Origin: Paraspadella gotoi
Taxonomy: Eukaryota; Animalia; Chaetognatha
Direction of reading: 5' to 3'
DNA: 55,266 nt
Assembly: GCA_051294375.1 (NCBI GenBank)
Contig: CM119270.1
Span: 576,721 to 631,986, forward strand
Positions 52,297-55,266 of this stretch are shown in pieces (the first letter of the stretch is position 1; each line of letters starts with the position of its first letter). Position numbers and translations under genes: made by a program. Under the pieces are notes generated by a model. That model searched no databases. It was given only the letters and a program-made list of their open reading frames with translations, and was not told the DNA's origin.

Positions 52297-54061
52297 TAAA
52301 ATTCGATTAAAACGACACGGCCTTGAAAAATGATAAGTGAATACATTTTTTCGAATCGTCAGGAGCTCCAACTTTTCCGAATCCGAGCTCCGTTTTAGGC
52401 TATACACATTTGAAGGATTGTAATATGGTGTTTTTTAAACTGGGTTTTTTTAAATGTCTCAAAAACTTGATAAATTTAAAATTTGGAATTGGAACTTTTC
52501 ACCCCCATTGGAAACCCCCATTGGATACTAGAAACTTGTCCAAATAATTTGATATAAATGAGGACATTTTGTTTGTTTTCCTTGTTCTGAAGAAAAATCT
52601 CAGAAGAATTAGTATGGACTATGATTTAATTAGGGAAAAAGGTTTCGGTTTAAAAAAAACCATTATAGTTGTCCCAATTGCTTGTAAGAGCTTTGCGCAG
52701 AATTTTATTTTAAAGAGACACTTAAGCTCTTCCAAATGCGTTGTAAAGAAAAAAATACTTCTAAGTCTTTGTTGCTACAACATTCATTGATAAATGAATT
52801 CATTTGAGCTGAATTCATATTATTAATTTTCATGTTTTTTTTAATTTGTTTTTTGGTGTTGTGTTACTTCGGCAACAATTGTTTTGTTTTTATTGTAAAA
52901 AAACATTCGTTTGCCAAGCAATAAATATTTTTTTCGTTTTTTCTTTCCAAATTTTGATTTTTTAAGAATTTTATATAACCGATTTCACATCAATTTTTTG
53001 TGATTGACTTTAATTCGCATTGATTTTATTCACGTTTATTTTCCAGTTTTTATATAAGTATTTTAAAGGCATGGATGAAGTAAATCAGCACATAGTCTTT
53101 TAAAAACAATGGCATTTGAAAATTAGTGACGAAATATATGATGCGAAAAGAAGAAACGGAAAGGAATTGTTTTATTGATTCATAAACATGTGAATCACTT
53201 TTGTTCTATTCATATTGAAATCATTAATAAAGAAATTTGTTTAATTGATTCATAAACATGAATTCACTGTTGTTATTTTTTTTATTTATTTTAAAATATG
53301 TAAAATATTTTTGTCAAATATGGTTTCTTCATCTCTCTCTAGAGAGAGAGAGAGAGAGAGAGTGAATGAGGAAAGAAAAGTTGTGGGAATGTGACGTGAG
53401 TTCCAGGAGATGCCCTTAACCACAGTTAACCATCGGGAACCACATTTCACCACGGTTAAACCAAAATGAAAAACACATTCTTCTTCGGCTCGTTAATTTA
53501 AATTTACAATACATTACATTGCATGACATTAGGGTAATGGAAATAATAATAGAAGCGACGCGTCAAGTTCTTTTTTACTTTTTGAAGAAAAATTGGTTTA
53601 TGAAAACGAAAAGTTATACTTGAGTAACTTAAGGCCCACATCCTTATGGAAAGCTAATAATTTAGCAATACCCGGCCAGCTTCAAAGAATCTCTCTCATT
53701 TTAGTTCTTTAAACTGCAAAATATGTAGCTTCCTAAACAACGATGCGGTATGTAAATTGGAAGCCACATTTACATTTCCCTTACAATTGATAGAAATGAA
53801 TCGCAACTTTTTTCATTCCAACGCATTTAGTAAAGAGTTAATCTTTTCATATGATAAATCTCTCCCGGTAAAAATCTCTTATCTCTTATTTATTTTTTCT
53901 TTATTAGTAGCGACGCCGAATCTTGATTAAAAAGAGAAAAAAAAATAAATGTTTTTTTAATCGAAAAAAAATTATGCGAGAATTTCATGATTTGCCTTCA
54001 AAACAATTGCGGGAAGAATAACTGCATCATAACAGAGTGTGTGAGAGAGAGAGAGAGAGAG

Positions 54062-54105
<44 letters not shown>

Positions 54106-54249
54106 GAGAGAGAGAGAGAAGAGAGAAGAGAGAGAGAGAGAGAAGAAAGAAGGGGAAAGGAAAGTAAGAAATGGGGTGAAAGAGAGACAGAGTCAGAGAG
54201 GAGAATAATAAAATATAAAAAATATTCTTGAATAGAATTAAAGGATTTT

Positions 54250-54795
54250 CTCCTCTCTCTCTCTCTTTCTCTTTCTTCTCTTTCTTTCTCTCTCCTCTCT
54301 CTCTTCTTTTCTCTCTCTTTCACTCTCTTTCTCTCTGTGCTCTCTCTCTTTCTCTCTTCTCTTTTCTCTCATTTTTTTTGTCTTTTCAACGACTCTCTCT
54401 TTCGTGTTTTCTCTCCTTTATCTCTTCCCGTCTCTCTCTCTCCTCCCTCTCCTCCTCCTCTCCCTTTCTTTCTCCTTCTCTCCTCTTCCTTCTTCTCCTC
54501 CCTTCTCCTTTCTCTTCTCCTCCTCCTCTCCTCCTCCCCTCTCCTTCTCCCCTCTCCTCCTCCCTTTCCTCCTCCCTTCTCCTTTTCATCCTTCCTTCTC
54601 CTCCTCTCTCTCCTCCTCCCCTCTCCTCCTCTCTCTCTTCTTCCTTTCCCTCCCTCTCCTTCCTTCTTCTCTTTCCTCCTCTCTCCTCCCTCTCCTCTTC
54701 CTGCCCTCTCCTTTCCCTTCTCCTCATCCCTCCCTTCCCTCCTCTCCTCCTCCCTCCCTTTCCTCCCTCTCTCTCTTCTTCCTTTCGTTTTTCCT
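54250..54795. repeat. Polypyrimidine low-complexity tract
   Basis: Almost purely C/T; source of several spurious ORFs. Confidence 0.9.
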
Positions 54796-54949
54796 AAAAT
54801 GTTTTGTTATTTTAAAAACGTTTGGGGCAAAAAAAAAAAAGAAAAAAATTTTCTCTTCCATCTTTTCACCTCTCAACCCTTCTACCTCTTTGCATTATTA
54901 GCAATTCCTTGAAAGGGCTTCTCTCACTTTCTCTCTCTCTTTCTTCTCG

Positions 54950-54990
<41 letters not shown>

Positions 54991-55266
54991 GTCTCTTCTC
55001 TCTCNNNNNNNNNNNNNNNNNNNNNNNNNAAAAGAATTTAATGGAATCTTGTCATTAATGAAATTAAGCTCTTCTCTGATTGGCCGAGATAGAATTAACT
55101 TCGACCAATCACTGGCGGACACATTTAGATTAAAATTAAAATTGCAATAATTATTGTCTCGAATATATTCAAAATTTACAAAATATTTAATGATATCTCT
55201 TTAACTCCTTCATAATACCTTATTTTTAATTCACTTTTTCTTTTCATTCTTTCTTTTTATTTTATA

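Overview
This is an AT-rich, microsatellite-dense animal (invertebrate-like) genomic window from a draft assembly. Eight gaps of exactly 25 N are present, several flanked by indel-rich duplicate copies of neighbouring sequence, so much of the apparent duplication is probably long-read gap-filling artefact. The clearest biology is a tandem pair of intact, two-exon minus-strand genes (6084-6491, 107 aa; 7501-8231, 116 aa) that the ORF track captures only in part. Each encodes a signal peptide, a shared 8-Cys scaffold (C-x5-C-x16/17-CC-x11/12-C-x3-C-x2-C-x7-C) and a hydrophobic C-terminal tail encoded by a (GTC)n repeat. I cannot assign this scaffold to a known family. The pair appears interleaved with degenerate plus-strand exons resembling an ionotropic glutamate receptor ectodomain. 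Also present are two more candidate poly-Val terminal exons, an LTR-like unit with TTTAGTA/TACTAAA ends followed by a 43-nt copy of mature tRNA-Leu including CCA, a frame-preserving Arg/Lys repeat ORF, a GC-rich multi-hairpin island, several TE fragments and many simple repeats. Most long ORFs in the track are microsatellite or N-gap artefacts.
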